This document shows, piece by piece, positions 27,545 through 40,400 of a stretch of 64,000 nucleotides of DNA. The notes under the pieces were generated by a model that had not been told where the DNA came from, made no database searches, and saw nothing but the letters and a program-made list of their open reading frames with translations. This DNA comes from Azolla caroliniana (lineage: Eukaryota; Plantae; Polypodiophyta). Where the stretch lies: the NCBI GenBank assembly GCA_043228905.1, contig JBHGNT010000007.1:21204001-21268000 (forward strand), in the 5' to 3' direction. Numbering within the stretch: position 1 is the first letter of the stretch; each line of letters starts with the position of its first letter. A program made the position numbers and the translations under genes.

Positions 27545-27715
27545 AACTTTGGTAGATATTCTCTGACTCCATCCATAACTACCATCAAATACAAAAGTAT
27601 TCCACATATCCCAAATATGACACAATCCCCAATATCTCAAAAATAAGAAAACAATCACCATCTCTAATTTTGGGTCAACTTGTGTGAATTGTGCAAATAC
27701 CCACCGACTTTGCAT
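27545..27715 (+). repeat. Diverged dispersed repeat, copy 2
   Basis: Shares ordered blocks with 17375-17550. Confidence 0.65.
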
Positions 27716-28044
27716 CAAATAACAACCTGAAAAAACTTGCCAAATTTGAAAAATATCAATCCAAATCTAACGAGCAATCAGGCATTGTATGAAAGGATGA
27801 GTAATATCTTCCACTTGAACAATGCAAACGAAACAATTTCCTATTGCTATTCTATGTCATTTTAAAGCTAATCCCAAAGGCAAACCCAATCAATACTTTC
27901 CCATTGAAGACCTTTATTGCAAGTGGCAATTATGTATCAAAATCTATCATAATCCTTAATCAGAGATTAGTAGCCACTTATAAAAATGCTTGCTCTCACT
28001 CTCGCTAGTAGCCACTTGTAAAAGTGCTCGCTCTCTATCATAAT

Positions 28045-28115
28045 TACCTTACCCTAGTGGTAAGTTGTTAGCACTACAAGCACTGCGTTGTGGATTCGAA
28101 ACCCAACTTCCTCAC
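28045..28115 (+). mobile_element. Degenerate tRNA-derived SINE-like head
   Basis: A-box-like CCTAGTGGTAAG and B-box-like GGATTCGAAACC. A similar start (CCCTAGTGATAAGTTGTTA) occurs at ~71-89. Confidence 0.4.
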
Positions 28116-28119
28116 CTCT

Positions 28120-28350
<231 letters not shown>

Positions 28351-28381
28351 AACAAGAGGATGTCTCCCATACCCATGGCTC

Positions 28382-28554
28382 TCTTTCCAACTCGAGCTCA
28401 AACATAGAACTTCCCAAGGGGATTCTTGAATGACATGTGATCAATCCTCAATCTAACTCCATTTCTCTTCTTTCCAACTCGAGCTCAAACATAGAACTTC
28501 CCAAGGGGATTCTTGAATGACATGTGATCAATCCTCAATCTAACTCCATTTCTC
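28382..28554. repeat. 87-bp tandem duplication
   Basis: TCTTTCCAACTCGAGCTC at 28382 and 28469. Confidence 0.92.
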
Positions 28555-28908
28555 CTCATTATTTCGTGCACAGATTCCGGTTTATATTTTTCCTTACTCC
28601 CTTTCATCGTGGGAATATCTAAGGGGACAAGAAATTGGAGATGTTGAAGTGCAATACTTGGAAGGTTTGAACATTTCTACATGTCACATGGCATGCTAAT
28701 TACAATCAAATCGGATCATCCTTAGAATCATTATATGGTGCCTAGTGACATTATGACTAAAAAGTCAAATTCATAAACCACATACAATATTAAGTCCAAA
28801 ATCTTTCTCATTGCTAGTCGGGAACTATGATGCATGAGCTTGAATTTGGAACATGAGTTTGTGTTTGAAAAATATTTAAGCGGGGAAGTGAAGATACTTG
28901 ATACCAAG

Positions 28909-29405
28909 TGTCATAGACAAGATGCCACATGGAATTGTGGGGGTTAAACCCATGACCTTTCTGGTCTTATTGGGCAACCTTACCAATTAAGCTACATCCA
29001 TCTATGCCTTATTGTATTGTATAAGATTCAACTTACATTGTAGATTCATCACAACAACTTTCAAAGAACCTTCTAGAGAATGCATCTTCATGCACTCTGT
29101 AGAAGTTTCCATGCACTCTCTAGAAATTTTCTAGCTTTCATGCATACCTCCACATTCTTGTATAAATATTAAGGTGCACCTTGACTACAATCAAGGTGAA
29201 CAACACTAGTTACGAAAGCATATCATTAATTCTTGTTCTTTTATCGATTTTCTCTCTTTCTCTCTCTTGCTTGTTCTCTTGTCTATGCTCTCTCTCCCGC
29301 TATCTATTAGTATTGAGTGTCGTCTACTTGTTTGTGACAGTCTTGTTCTCTTGCTTATACTCTCGCTCTCTCTTAGTATTTAGCCTCAACCACCCATTCA
29401 TGACA
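28909..29405 (+). mobile_element. Solo LTR with TSD CCAAG
   Basis: Termini TGTCAT...ATGACA; CCAAG at 28904-28908 and 29406-29410; TATAAATA followed by a CT-rich tract. Confidence 0.88.
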
Positions 29406-29619
29406 CCAAGTAATTTTATTAAAACAAATTTGAAACTTTTGATCTCAATTCAATAAACTAATTATTCATAACTTCTTATGGAGCTACAAATAATGGCTTT
29501 GGGAGTCCGTTGTTGGAATGAAATGAGAGAGGGCTTCAAACCCATCCTCGCAACAAATAACCCAAGAAATATATGGATTGCAAAAACATCAAGCATCAAG
29601 TTTAGCAAGAGTTAATCAA

Positions 29620-30512
29620 TGTTGAGAATCAAGCTCAGCATAGTGCAACGTGTGAACACAGCTTTTGAGAATCTATGATTACTCAAAGGTCAAGAGTCAC
29701 ACCACTACTCTCTACACATTAACTAGGTGGCATAGAATCATATTCTATGACACATAACTAAACAGTTACATATTCCCCATGACTATGAGTCTTCACATTC
29801 CTCAAGAGAGAGTGGTTCTTGTAGTTAGTTAATGAAGAGAGAGGGTGACTATATATAAAGCACCCTCCTCATCCTTCATACTAAGTTCGTTGTGACTCCT
29901 TGTAATGCTACATTTTGTATTTCATATGACTATGAGTCTTCACATTCCTCAAGAGAGAGTGGTTCTTGTAGTTAGTTAATGAAGAGAGAGGGTGACTATA
30001 TATAAAGCACCCTCCTCATCCTTCATACTAAGTTCGTTGTGACTCCTTGTAATGCTACATTTTGTATTTCATATTCTACTTGTGAATATACACCTTCTTC
30101 TTGAGTATTCCTTTTTCTATCTATTTTTTGTTTTCTATTCTCTCCTCTAATTCCTCTCACACATACACATAACACACATCTCTTCCGCTACACAAGAATC
30201 ATACCCAATTCTTTACATGGTATCAGAGCGGTTTGGTAGCTCGATCCCATCCGCGTGTGTTGTGTTCTACGCCGACGTTCGAGAAGAACAGGTCCATCGC
30301 TATTGTAGTGCGGCTACATAGCTCGTGTTCGAAAGAGGAGGAAAAGAAGAAAGAAAGCTTCATCAACATAATGAATACTCAAATGGGGAGTGCTCTCCCT
30401 AGCAAGAAGTTGGATCGAAACAACTTTGCATCTTGGGAGTACAAGATGCACCAATACCTTGTCGGCCAAGGCTATTGGAGCTACATCAGAGCACAAGAAA
30501 ATCAACCCGACC
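29620..30512 (+). mobile_element. Ty1/copia element D, 5' end (LTR 29620-30217 with an internal 147-bp duplication, PBS-Met, start of gag)
   Basis: LTR TGTTGAGAATCAAGCTC...CTTTACA; PBS TGGTATCAGAGC at 30218; MNTQMGSALPSKKLDRNNFASWEYKMHQYL as in 57447; duplication at 29779-30074. Confidence 0.9.
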
Positions 30513-30909
30513 CGACAAATTGTCGGAAGCCTGATATACTTGACAATCACTCAACCCGAAATCAGTTATCCAGTCAGAGTGATCAGTCAGTTCATGTAGA
30601 AGCCAACCGTCGAGCACCTTCAGTGCGCACACCAGATACTCCGGTATGTGAGCGGCACGAAAGACCGAGGACTGTTATACCGGCATGGTATAACCGAAGA
30701 GCTAGTCAGATATACAGATGTCGACTGGGCCGGTGATGCATCAAATCGTTGATCCACCTCCGGTTACATGTTTTCCCTTGGTAGCGCAGTTATTGCGTGG
30801 AGCAACAAAAAGCAGCCAACAATGGCTCTATCGAGCTACCGTTGCCACTTGTGAAGCCATTTGGCTTCGGCGACTGCTGCAAGACCTGCGGATTGAGGTA
30901 CCGACCCCG
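30513..30909 (+). mobile_element. Copia A-type RT end / RNaseH start, interrupted by the gypsy insertion
   Basis: RQIVGSLIYLTITQPEISYPV..; YTDVDWAG; ATCEAIWLRRLLQDL. Continues at 47903. Confidence 0.88.
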
Positions 30910-31412
30910 TGTTGTCCAGAGGACAGAAATGTAAAATTAGGAAATTAGCAAACGGCGGTAGTGTAACCGAGTAGGAATGAACGCCAGCGAAGCGCCGAGT
31001 CCGAGTATCACGGGCCACCGACGGCTCGGCTGTGTATTAGGGGAAACGTTATTTAAACGAGGTCCAGTACCTCAGAGCAGGGGGGAGAAAAAATATAGGC
31101 GGAAGCACTAGCTTAGTCCATCGTAGCTAGTTAATCTTGTAAGGTCACGGGCCGTAGGCCGTGTTCTGTAATCCTTTTGGTGTTGCAGTAATATATTTGA
31201 TTTGTGTCCATTTTGCTCCATGTGTCTGTGCTTTGGCTCATACTTATGATTTCAGCGCCGCCCACGCCTATCAAGATCTCGCTAGTGTTTTATCTCTGAT
31301 CATCTCCTCCCTCACGACGCCTCTGTTACGAGCCTTCACATACCACGCCCTTGGATACCGATAGTTGTAGGTCTATCGAAGGTGTTCACCCAAAGGAACG
31401 GGAAACACAATT

Positions 31413-31425
31413 TGGCACGCCCGGT
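31413..31425 (+). promoter_or_regulatory. Primer binding site (tRNA-Arg type)
   Basis: TGGCACGCCCGGT, 5 nt after the 5' LTR; this is the PBS type known from Tat/Ogre elements. Confidence 0.8.
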
Positions 31426-31589
31426 TATAGCTGTGAGTGCACAACGAGCTTCGTTGAAGGGCCGCCGTTACGGCGCTTTCTCGCACCACGAGGTCTCGGC
31501 CACCTTCCCGACGCCCTGAGTCAGTCGAAGGAACTTCCGACTCGGCGGTCACTGACCAATCCTTTCCTGAGCAATCGGAGGCTTCCCTA

Positions 31590-33302
31590 GTGCAATCCTC
31601 GCCACCGGACACTCGATCGCGAGTTGATTCACCACCAAAACCCCCGCCGAGCCCTCCGGAGGTCAATCAACCGAAACTAAACCCTTTTCTGGTGCTACCA
31701 GAAGACCTAGAGTACGACATCATGCCGTACCCATACCCACGATACACCGACGGACTAGATGCGGAGTCACACATCCGTGCCTTCATATCCACTTGGCAGG
31801 CCAACCACTCAACGCACCGCCTCACGCCGGCCGAAATCGATGCCTCAAAGATTGCCGAGTTCACCCTCTCCCTCGATGGACCGGTCGCACGATGGTACTC
31901 TCGCCTCGAAATAGGAGAGGCCACCACTTTCCAAATCGTGCGCACAAAGTTCCTTGAACTTTTTCATCGCGAAGTGCCTAAACAGGAACTGCTCCGGCAA
32001 TTCTTCTCTATATGCCAAGAACTGCACGAAACGGTCGCGCAGTTCAAGATCTGGTTCCAGGATCTCTACATACAAGTGGCCGATGATGTCTCGGCACAAC
32101 ATATACCAGACACTTTCCTGTCCAGTTTACGAGAGCCTCTTCGAATGGCTCTCGCACTTACAAATTTCGCCAACCATACTATCGAACAAGTCATTGCGCG
32201 GGTTCTCGCCCTCGATCGAACCCAGCACGGCGCGGCCTTCTCGATGACATCCTTACAAAACGCTCTTCCCCAAGAGGACAATCGCTTTCGCCAAGCTCTG
32301 CAATGCACGGCGTGTTCAGGATCAGGGCACTTGGCCCTCAAATGTCCCCACCGACCACAGTGTCCGATCTGTCAGTCTCGAGCTCACACTGTCAAGCAGT
32401 GCGAATATAATATGCTGAACCGCACAACGGCGGCACCGGTCCGCCAGATCGAGCCAAGAAATACATACTCTTGGCATGACGAGCGATATGCCTACCGAGA
32501 CCAGGATAACGACCGATCGCGATCCCCGGATCGACGGCGTCGAGACGACGACTACCGACGTGATCACTATCGCGATGACCAGCACGACGATTATGCTCGA
32601 TATGAGGACGATCGCGATGACCGGTATGACCGACGGAACTCACGCATTGATCGGCGAAACGGCAACCGCAACTCACGCAACAATAGAAGACATAACGACA
32701 ACTGTCGACGGGACGCTCCTCAAAATGACCAGCGCAACTCCAACGCACCTCGGACCAACCCATCACCAAATGAGACTAGGAATCAACAGCAACAGCTTCC
32801 ACACACAGACCGAGTGGACACCAGCAACTCGGCGAACGTTACGTGTTTTAAATGTAACCAACCAGGCCACTATGCCACGCTATGCCCAACAACCGACCGT
32901 GGCAAAGCACCTGCCGTGAATAGTATCATGGCCGATGTTCAAACCGTCACTACCCGGAGTAAAGCGCAGACTACACAGTGGCAAATACAAGACGAAGTCC
33001 GTCAGGTAGCAAAAGAATGGATCGACATGGCCAATAAAAAGAATACCGTGCGCATGCAAATTGACATGAGAGACGTGCCCAACGAAGCACCACAAGCCTC
33101 GGTACCATCCACGTCGACGGAGGACGACCAACTATGGGATGTTCTTACCAACTCCCGCATCTCGCTGCCCCTACATAAACTGTTACCACTCATGCCGAGA
33201 TTTCGGGACACCCTGGCGGCACTCCAGGCCAATACTAAGCCCATGATGCTACCGGTACACCTCACCAAAGTAGGAACCGATCCACCACTCATGGATTCTT
33301 AG
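31590..33302 (+). CDS. gag: Gag polyprotein with three CCHC knuckles
   Basis: 570-aa ORF: retrotransposon gag core (LSLDGPVARWY, KFLELF), CTACSGSGHLALKC, CPICQSRAHTVKQC, CFKCNQPGHYATLC and an RD-rich linker. Confidence 0.88.
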   Translation: MQSSPPDTRSRVDSPPKPPPSPPEVNQPKLNPFLVLPEDLEYDIMPYPYPRYTDGLDAESHIRAFISTWQANHSTHRLTPAEIDASKIAEFTLSLDGPVARWYSRLEIGEATTFQIVRTKFLELFHREVPKQELLRQFFSICQELHETVAQFKIWFQDLYIQVADDVSAQHIPDTFLSSLREPLRMALALTNFANHTIEQVIARVLALDRTQHGAAFSMTSLQNALPQEDNRFRQALQCTACSGSGHLALKCPHRPQCPICQSRAHTVKQCEYNMLNRTTAAPVRQIEPRNTYSWHDERYAYRDQDNDRSRSPDRRRRDDDYRRDHYRDDQHDDYARYEDDRDDRYDRRNSRIDRRNGNRNSRNNRRHNDNCRRDAPQNDQRNSNAPRTNPSPNETRNQQQQLPHTDRVDTSNSANVTCFKCNQPGHYATLCPTTDRGKAPAVNSIMADVQTVTTRSKAQTTQWQIQDEVRQVAKEWIDMANKKNTVRMQIDMRDVPNEAPQASVPSTSTEDDQLWDVLTNSRISLPLHKLLPLMPRFRDTLAALQANTKPMMLPVHLTKVGTDPPLMDS

Positions 33303-34271
33303 AATCATCATTAAGGGACAAGACCTGCACGGATGCATCATCGACGACGGATTCGGCGTAAATGTTATTAGCGAGTCAACGTGTCACAACCTCGACTTGA
33401 ATCAATGGGAACCATGCCCCTTTTGGCTTCGGATGGCCGACACCCGCTCCGTTCGCCCCATTGGTTTAATCCACCATCTCGACTTCACACTCGGAGGCCA
33501 CATGTTCACGATCTCGGCCGTCGTGCTAAGACTGGAGACACAAGGTGCCTACCCAATGTTACTAGGTCGACCATGGTTGCGTACAACGAATATCAAGCAA
33601 CATTGGCAACACAATATGATCTCGTTTCGACGAGGCAAGACAAAAGTCCGAATCATCACTGAAGAACGAGTCCCCGTCGCCCTCAACACTTCACCGTTAT
33701 ACGCGGAAGGGGTCCATATGCTTGACGGTTTGGCCGATGAGGAGGTCGATGACTTCCTAGATGATCATCCCACGATCATCCCTTTCTTCAAAATCAATGC
33801 CATACCAACCATCGAGCCACCTAAAGACGAGGAAGTCACGGAGGAATCACCACCCCAAGATGAACCAGATCCAACCACAGTTGCCGAGCTACGCCATGCT
33901 CGGGAGGCTTTCGAACGCGAACTCGCCATTTCACAATGAGTCAAAGCATCAACCGTGGAAACAATAAACCTCGGCTCGGACGAGAATCCCCGTACGTTAC
34001 AAATTGCCAATAATCTACCAACCGGAGAACGGGCATCCCTCGTATGATTGCTCACCGACTACCAGGATGTTTTCGCTTGGTCTTACACCGATATGAAGGG
34101 GCTGGATCCTCAATACTACCAACATCAAATCCACCTCTTACCCGACACTCGGCCGGTTCAGCAGAGGCGCTACAGGATGAACCCCAACTGCGCCGCTAAA
34201 GTCAAAGAGGAAATCGACAAACTACTCTCAGTGGGCTTCATTCGCCCTGTTAAATAGGCCATGTGGTTGAG

Positions 34272-34613
34272 CCCGATCATAGTAGTCCCAAAGAAGAACG
34301 GAAAAATCCGCGTCTGCGTCGACTATCGGAAGCTTAACGCGGCAACAGTCACCGACGGTTTCCCTCTCCCCTTCACGGACAGCGTCCTCAACACGGTAGC
34401 CGGCCACGAATGCTACAGTTTCCTCGACGGGTTCAGCGGCTACCCGATCATAGTAGTCCCAAAGAAGAACGGAAAAATCCGCGTCTGCGTCGACTATCGG
34501 AAGCTTAACGCGGCAACAATCACCGACGGTTTCCCTCTCCCCTTCACGGACAGCTTCCTCAACACGGTAGCCGGCCACGAATGCTACAGTTTCCTCGACG
34601 GGTTCAGCGGCTA
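34272..34613 (+). repeat. 171-bp in-frame tandem duplication in RT
   Basis: PIIVVPKKNGK...FLDGFSGY occurs twice in ORF 34261-34620. Confidence 0.95.
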
Positions 34614-34633
34614 TAACTAGATAAGAATGCACC

Positions 34634-35063
34634 TGTCATGATATGGCAAGACTCGAACCCATGACCTTATGCGTACATGGGTCGAGCTCTTGACCATTAG
34701 ACTATACATTGTAATACATAGAATATTATTTTCACTTATGTTTTATTATAGAAAATTGATGTATATTCCAGATTTCTCTAGAACAATCTAGAAACTTCAG
34801 GAGATTCCTTAGAACACTATAAAAGGAGGCACAAGGCATTACTTCGAACCAAATCAGTTCAACGCCAGTCTTAAGCCTCCTAGCTACTGTACATTTTCTT
34901 CACATAATATATATATTTTCTTATCATCACTCTCTCTCTCTCTCGATCTCTCTCCCCCTCCCTCTCACTCACTCTTTCCTTCTCTCGAGAGTTCTGCACC
35001 TCTCTTAGTACTAATACTTCTTTTAGTACTAATTCCTTCTCTGTCTTAGTACTGTTCCTGACA
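34634..35063 (+). mobile_element. Solo LTR with TSD GCACC
   Basis: Termini TGTCA...TGACA; GCACC at 34629-34633 and 35064-35068; host RT reads through on removal (IRMHPEDQEKTAF). Confidence 0.92.
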
Positions 35064-37421
35064 GCACCCGGAGGATCAGGAGAAAACCGCTTTCGTCACG
35101 GAATGGGGTGTTTTTTGGCAGAAGTAATGATGTTTGGTCTAAAAACGGTGCCGGCTACGTTCCAGCACATCATCACCGAAATCTTTCATGACTACATCCC
35201 GGCGTTCATGCAAGTCTTTCTCGACGATTTCGCCGTGTATGGCCATCGACGGGAACACATGACCCAGTTACGACTTTGCCTGGACCGATGTCGCCAAGCT
35301 CGATTGAGCTTAAACCCGGCGAAATGCGCGTTCTTAGTCACCAACGGCAACCTTCTCGGCCACATTGTCAGTCAAGAAGGCATCGCTATGGGCCCGGATA
35401 GAGTAAAGGCCATCCTAACCGCCTCCGCACCCTCGAACGCTAAGGCACTAAGCCGATTTTTGGGACAGATCCGGTGGCACAGCCGAATGATACGACACCT
35501 GGCCGATTTCGCGACACCTTTACACGCGGCCGTCCATCGCCTTCCCTTCCAATGGACGTCAATCGAGGACACGGCCTATCAGACCCTGAAACTAATGCTC
35601 TCACATGCCCCGGTGGTCCAGCCTCCGGTTTGGTCCGAACCGTTTCATGTCTTCGTAGATGCTTCGGACATCGCCATCGGAAGTGCCCTGATGCAATGCA
35701 CACCCCCGAATTGGTATAGGCCCATGTACTACGTCAGCCGATGGCTCTCGACCGCGGAAAAGAATTACTCCACCACCGAGTGGGAGGCCCCCGGTATGAT
35801 TTATAACATCAATAAATTCCGGCATTACCTCTTGGGCCGGAAGTTTACCTTTCACGTGGATCACTCGGCCCTTTATTTGGTCAATAAACAAGCCCTCACC
35901 GGACGGTTGGCTCGACCCGGGGTCCAACACGCCGTCGCCGACTACTTGAGCCATCTTGATTCAGGGGAACCGACGGAAACAACGTACGACGATTTACCGG
36001 ATGCCAGCTTATTTAACCTGACCACTATGCCAGACGATAACGAAGATGAATGGATCATGGAGATGACCCATTTTCTCAGTGTCGGCCTACCTCCCGAGCA
36101 CATGCCTCTTGACGCGAGGAAATGCCTAGCAGTACGAAGCCGGAATTTTTGCCTCGTCTCGGACATTCTCTACCACAAAGGCTCGGACGGCATATGGCGC
36201 CGAGCGATTCGGCAATTCGAGAAGAACACCGTTCTTCAGGAGGCCCACCAGGGAGAAGCTGGGGGGCACTACGCCGGGGATTCCACGGCAAGGAAAGTTT
36301 GGCAAAGCGGATTGTGGTGGCCGACAACGAAGAGTTTTGCCGGCAGTGCGATTTGTGCCAACGACTGGGGCAACCAATGGAACAGTCACGCATGCCACAC
36401 CAGCCAATTCTTCCGTTGGACCCCTTTCAAAAATGGGGTTTGGATTTTGTAGGCCCTTTCAAACCACCCGCGGCCCGTACAGGGAATAGGTATATTATCG
36501 TTGCCACGGATTACTGCACCAAATGGGTCGAGGCTAAGGCACTCCGAGACAACACGGCGGCATCCACGACTAAATTTGTGTACGAGCACCTCTGGTGCCG
36601 TTACGGATGCCCAATCGAGCTCGTTAGTGACCAAGGTGGGCACTTCATCAATCATATAATACGTGAGCTTACACACCACTACGCGGTGGTGCACAAGAAA
36701 AGCACACCATACTACCCGCAGGCGAACAGCTTGGCGGAATCAACCAATAAAATCCTCCAAACCATACTGAAGAAGATCGTCAATGAAAACAAGACCGATT
36801 GGGATGACAAACTCCAGAGCGCGCTGTGGGCGTATCGTACGACTTTCAAAACAAGCATCCAATCAACCCCCTTTTGAATGGCGTTCGGGTTAGAAGTTGT
36901 AATGCCCGTCAAGTTCCAAGTCCCGAGCCTCCGAGTTCAAATCAAAGCACGGCTCCCCGAGGCCCAATCCAAGCAATACTATTAGAGATCTAAGTACTAA
37001 AGTAAGCTTAAGATAAGGATAAACAAATGATAGATAGAAAGGAGAATGAGAAAGAAGGGTGCCGATCCACCCAGCCACCCCCGAGCGAAGGGATCGAAAC
37101 GGACTCGAGCCTCGATCGGCGTCCCATACCACCGTCGTGGCGTCGAGTCGTACCTGGTGCTGGCGCGCTCGCTACCAGAGTTGACCCACCACAAGAGCAG
37201 AGTCTCGATGTAGTAAAAAAGATGATCAAATGAGGGTAGCTAGGCCTTTTATTTATAGCGATACCCAAGGCCCCCAGGCAAGTTCACACTTGACCTAATG
37301 GGTTGTCTCAATCCCCAGGATTAAAAGTAATCCTCCCCTTCTTTACACTCTCGTTTAACCCTCACACTTATCCACGTGTATAGAATACTACGGTAAATTC
37401 TCACCACGGGATATTAAATGG

Positions 37422-40400
37422 TCATGCACGTAACATACTCCCCCTCTTTAAAACATTGCACTCTTGCAATGGAAAGTTAGGGAAATTAGTTCTGAGAGTA
37501 TTTTCGCGTTCCCATGTGGCAACTTTTATTGATTTATCCATCCATTTTATTTTAAATTCTCGGATTTCTTTATTACGTAAATTTTTTGTTTTAACATCGA
37601 GAATTCTTTCTGGTACATGTGGTTTAGAAGATAATTCTTCAGAAGTAACCAGAGTTTCAGTTGTAACTGTATTGTCTCCAGAACCTAGAAGTTCTTTTAG
37701 ACGACTCACATGGAGGACTGGATGAATTCCAACACCATCGGGAAGAGCAAGACGATAGGCTGGCCTTTTTGGGTGCGAGGAAGGCTAACAATAAAATCCA
37801 TGGATATACTTTCCCACTTATTATTGGGAATGTCCAAGGGATGTAAAAGTCCTGCGGCTTTAAGTCGCTCGGCTTTGTTAACCTGACACTGGTGACATTT
37901 AGTCACATAACTATGTATGTCAGGACGCATCTTAGGCCAATAAAATCGAGTGGAGATGAGAACGAGTGTACGATGTATTCCAGGGTGTCCTGTTGAGGGT
38001 GCATCATGGCATTCAAAAAGAATCCTCTTTTTGACCTTGGGTAAATCTGGAACACAAACCTTCCCATTACGGTAGAGCAAACCGTTAGCAATGTGGAAGT
38101 ATTCCTTCGAGGATGTGGTGGTGTCTGTTCCAGACTCAACTCTTGCCCAGTATTTTGCAAAATAACTGTCATCAGGATACTTTCCTCGAAGGTGATCATA
38201 AAGATCTGATGTTATTTCAGTGAAGCTAAGCATGTTAACTTCACGGATGCGACTTAGTGCATCAGCGACAGTGTTCATGGAACCTTTACGATATCGTATG
38301 GAAAAATCAAAGTCCTGGATGAGATCAGCCCATCGTGCCTTACGACCTTTCAGGTCTTGTTGGTCACAAAAATATTTCAAGGACTCGTGGTCCGTAGTTA
38401 CCACAAAGTGATTTCCATAAAGATAATGGCGCCATGTTTTGAGCGCATGTATAACTGCAAATAATTCCTTTTCTTGAACGGTATACCGACATTGAGCAGA
38501 ATCAAGTTTCTTACTCTCGAATGCTATTGGTTTACCATCTTGATACAAGACAACACCTATAGCATAATCGCTTGCATCGGTTTCAACCTCAAAAGGTTTT
38601 GAAGGATCAAGTAAAAGAAGTGAAGGAGCCTTGCAAACCAGGTCCTTGAGTTCCTTAAAGGTGAGGTCTAGTGTAGCATTCCACACAATAGGTTTTGTAG
38701 ACTTACGCGTTTGACCTTTTAAATGATCAGTAAACGGCGTCGTCAATTGGGAGTAATTACGAAGAGACTTTCGCAAAAACCCGACAAAACCAAGGAATGA
38801 TCGAACTTCTCGAATATTCCGAAGAGTGGGCCAAAGCTTGATTTTCTCAATGCGAGAAGGATCAATTTCAACTCCTCGTTCGGTTATGAGATGTCCAAGA
38901 TAAGTAATTGATTTCTTGAAGAACTCACATTTTGAGATCTTTGCATAAAACTGTTTGTCACGCAATGTTCGTAAAACAAAGCGGACATGTCTAGCATGTT
39001 CTTGTAATGTACGACTATAAACTAAAATATCATCCAAGAAAATAACGACAAATTTTCCAAGTTGTTCTCGGAAAATGTCATTTATTTCTTGTTGAAAAGT
39101 AGCCGGAGCATTGGTCAAACCAAAATGCATAACCGAAAACTCGTAATGGCTATAGCGCGTACGAAATGCCGTTTTAGGAACATCGTCCTCACTTATTCGT
39201 ATTTGATGGTAGCCAGTACGGAGATCAAGTTTCGTAAAATACCGAGCTCCTTGGAGACGGTCAATTAGATCGTCAACCTGGGGCAATGGGTACGAATTCT
39301 TGATCGTCACTTTATTCAAGCGTCGGTAATTAATACACATACGCCATGTGCCCTCTTTCTTTTTAACCAAGAGAACTGGTGCACCCCATGGAGATTTACT
39401 ATAACGTATATAACCCATTCATAAATAGTCCTTGAGTTGCTTAGATACCTCATCTTCTTCGGATCGACTTAAGCGATACGGAGGTATACTTATTGGTGCA
39501 ACACCAGGTACAATATCTATACGATGGTCTATATTACGTTTAGGAGGTAACCCTTCAGGTAGTTCACTTGGAAAAACATCATGAAAATCATTTAAGATTT
39601 CATCAAGTTGTTGTTGTTCAAAATATGTTAATTGAACCGGGACATTATCGATATTGTAAACGTGAATGTCCGGATCAAGTACACAATAAAATAACGTAGA
39701 ACAAGACAACTCGGATATTGATGGACACAAGGAAACAATCGAGAGGGATTGTTTTTTTACACATTGAATAAAATGCGTACAATCGTTCAGTACAAAAGAA
39801 ATAGAATGGTGAACCCAATCAATAAATAAAGAAGAGTTTTTATTATAAAACCAGGGATAACCCAGTATTACATCGGTGGTACAAAGATTCATTACATGGA
39901 AGTCTACTTCCTCTATATAAGTATCAATAGAAATTCCTAATGAATGAATCACCCCGTTGATGTATTGTACTCTTCCATCAGCCAAGTGCACCGTGTAGGT
40001 GTGATCACTTACGGTGGGTTGGATTCCCCATATCTGAACCAAACGATCATTCACAAAATTGTGTGAGCTTCCCGAATCAAATAAAAATTGTACGGGAGAT
40101 CCATTGATATACTCGTTTGCACGTAGTAAATCATTGGGGCCCAATACATAGTGAGGGAAAGAACATTGACAATTACTTAAATGATGTGTATTGACCTGAA
40201 GGACATTAGGAATCTGACCTTTATGGTCTGCAGCTTTAGCTTTGTTGTCGTGCTCTTTCCGTTGTAGCTTTCGACATTGATCTTTTGTATGACCCTTCTT
40301 TTTGCAAAATACGCAAAAAGGATGTTGTCGCTTACAATTGCGATCCAGGAATTCGTTGGGTGTCTTGCGTTTCCCAACAAATTGCGACTGCTTAGTCCCG

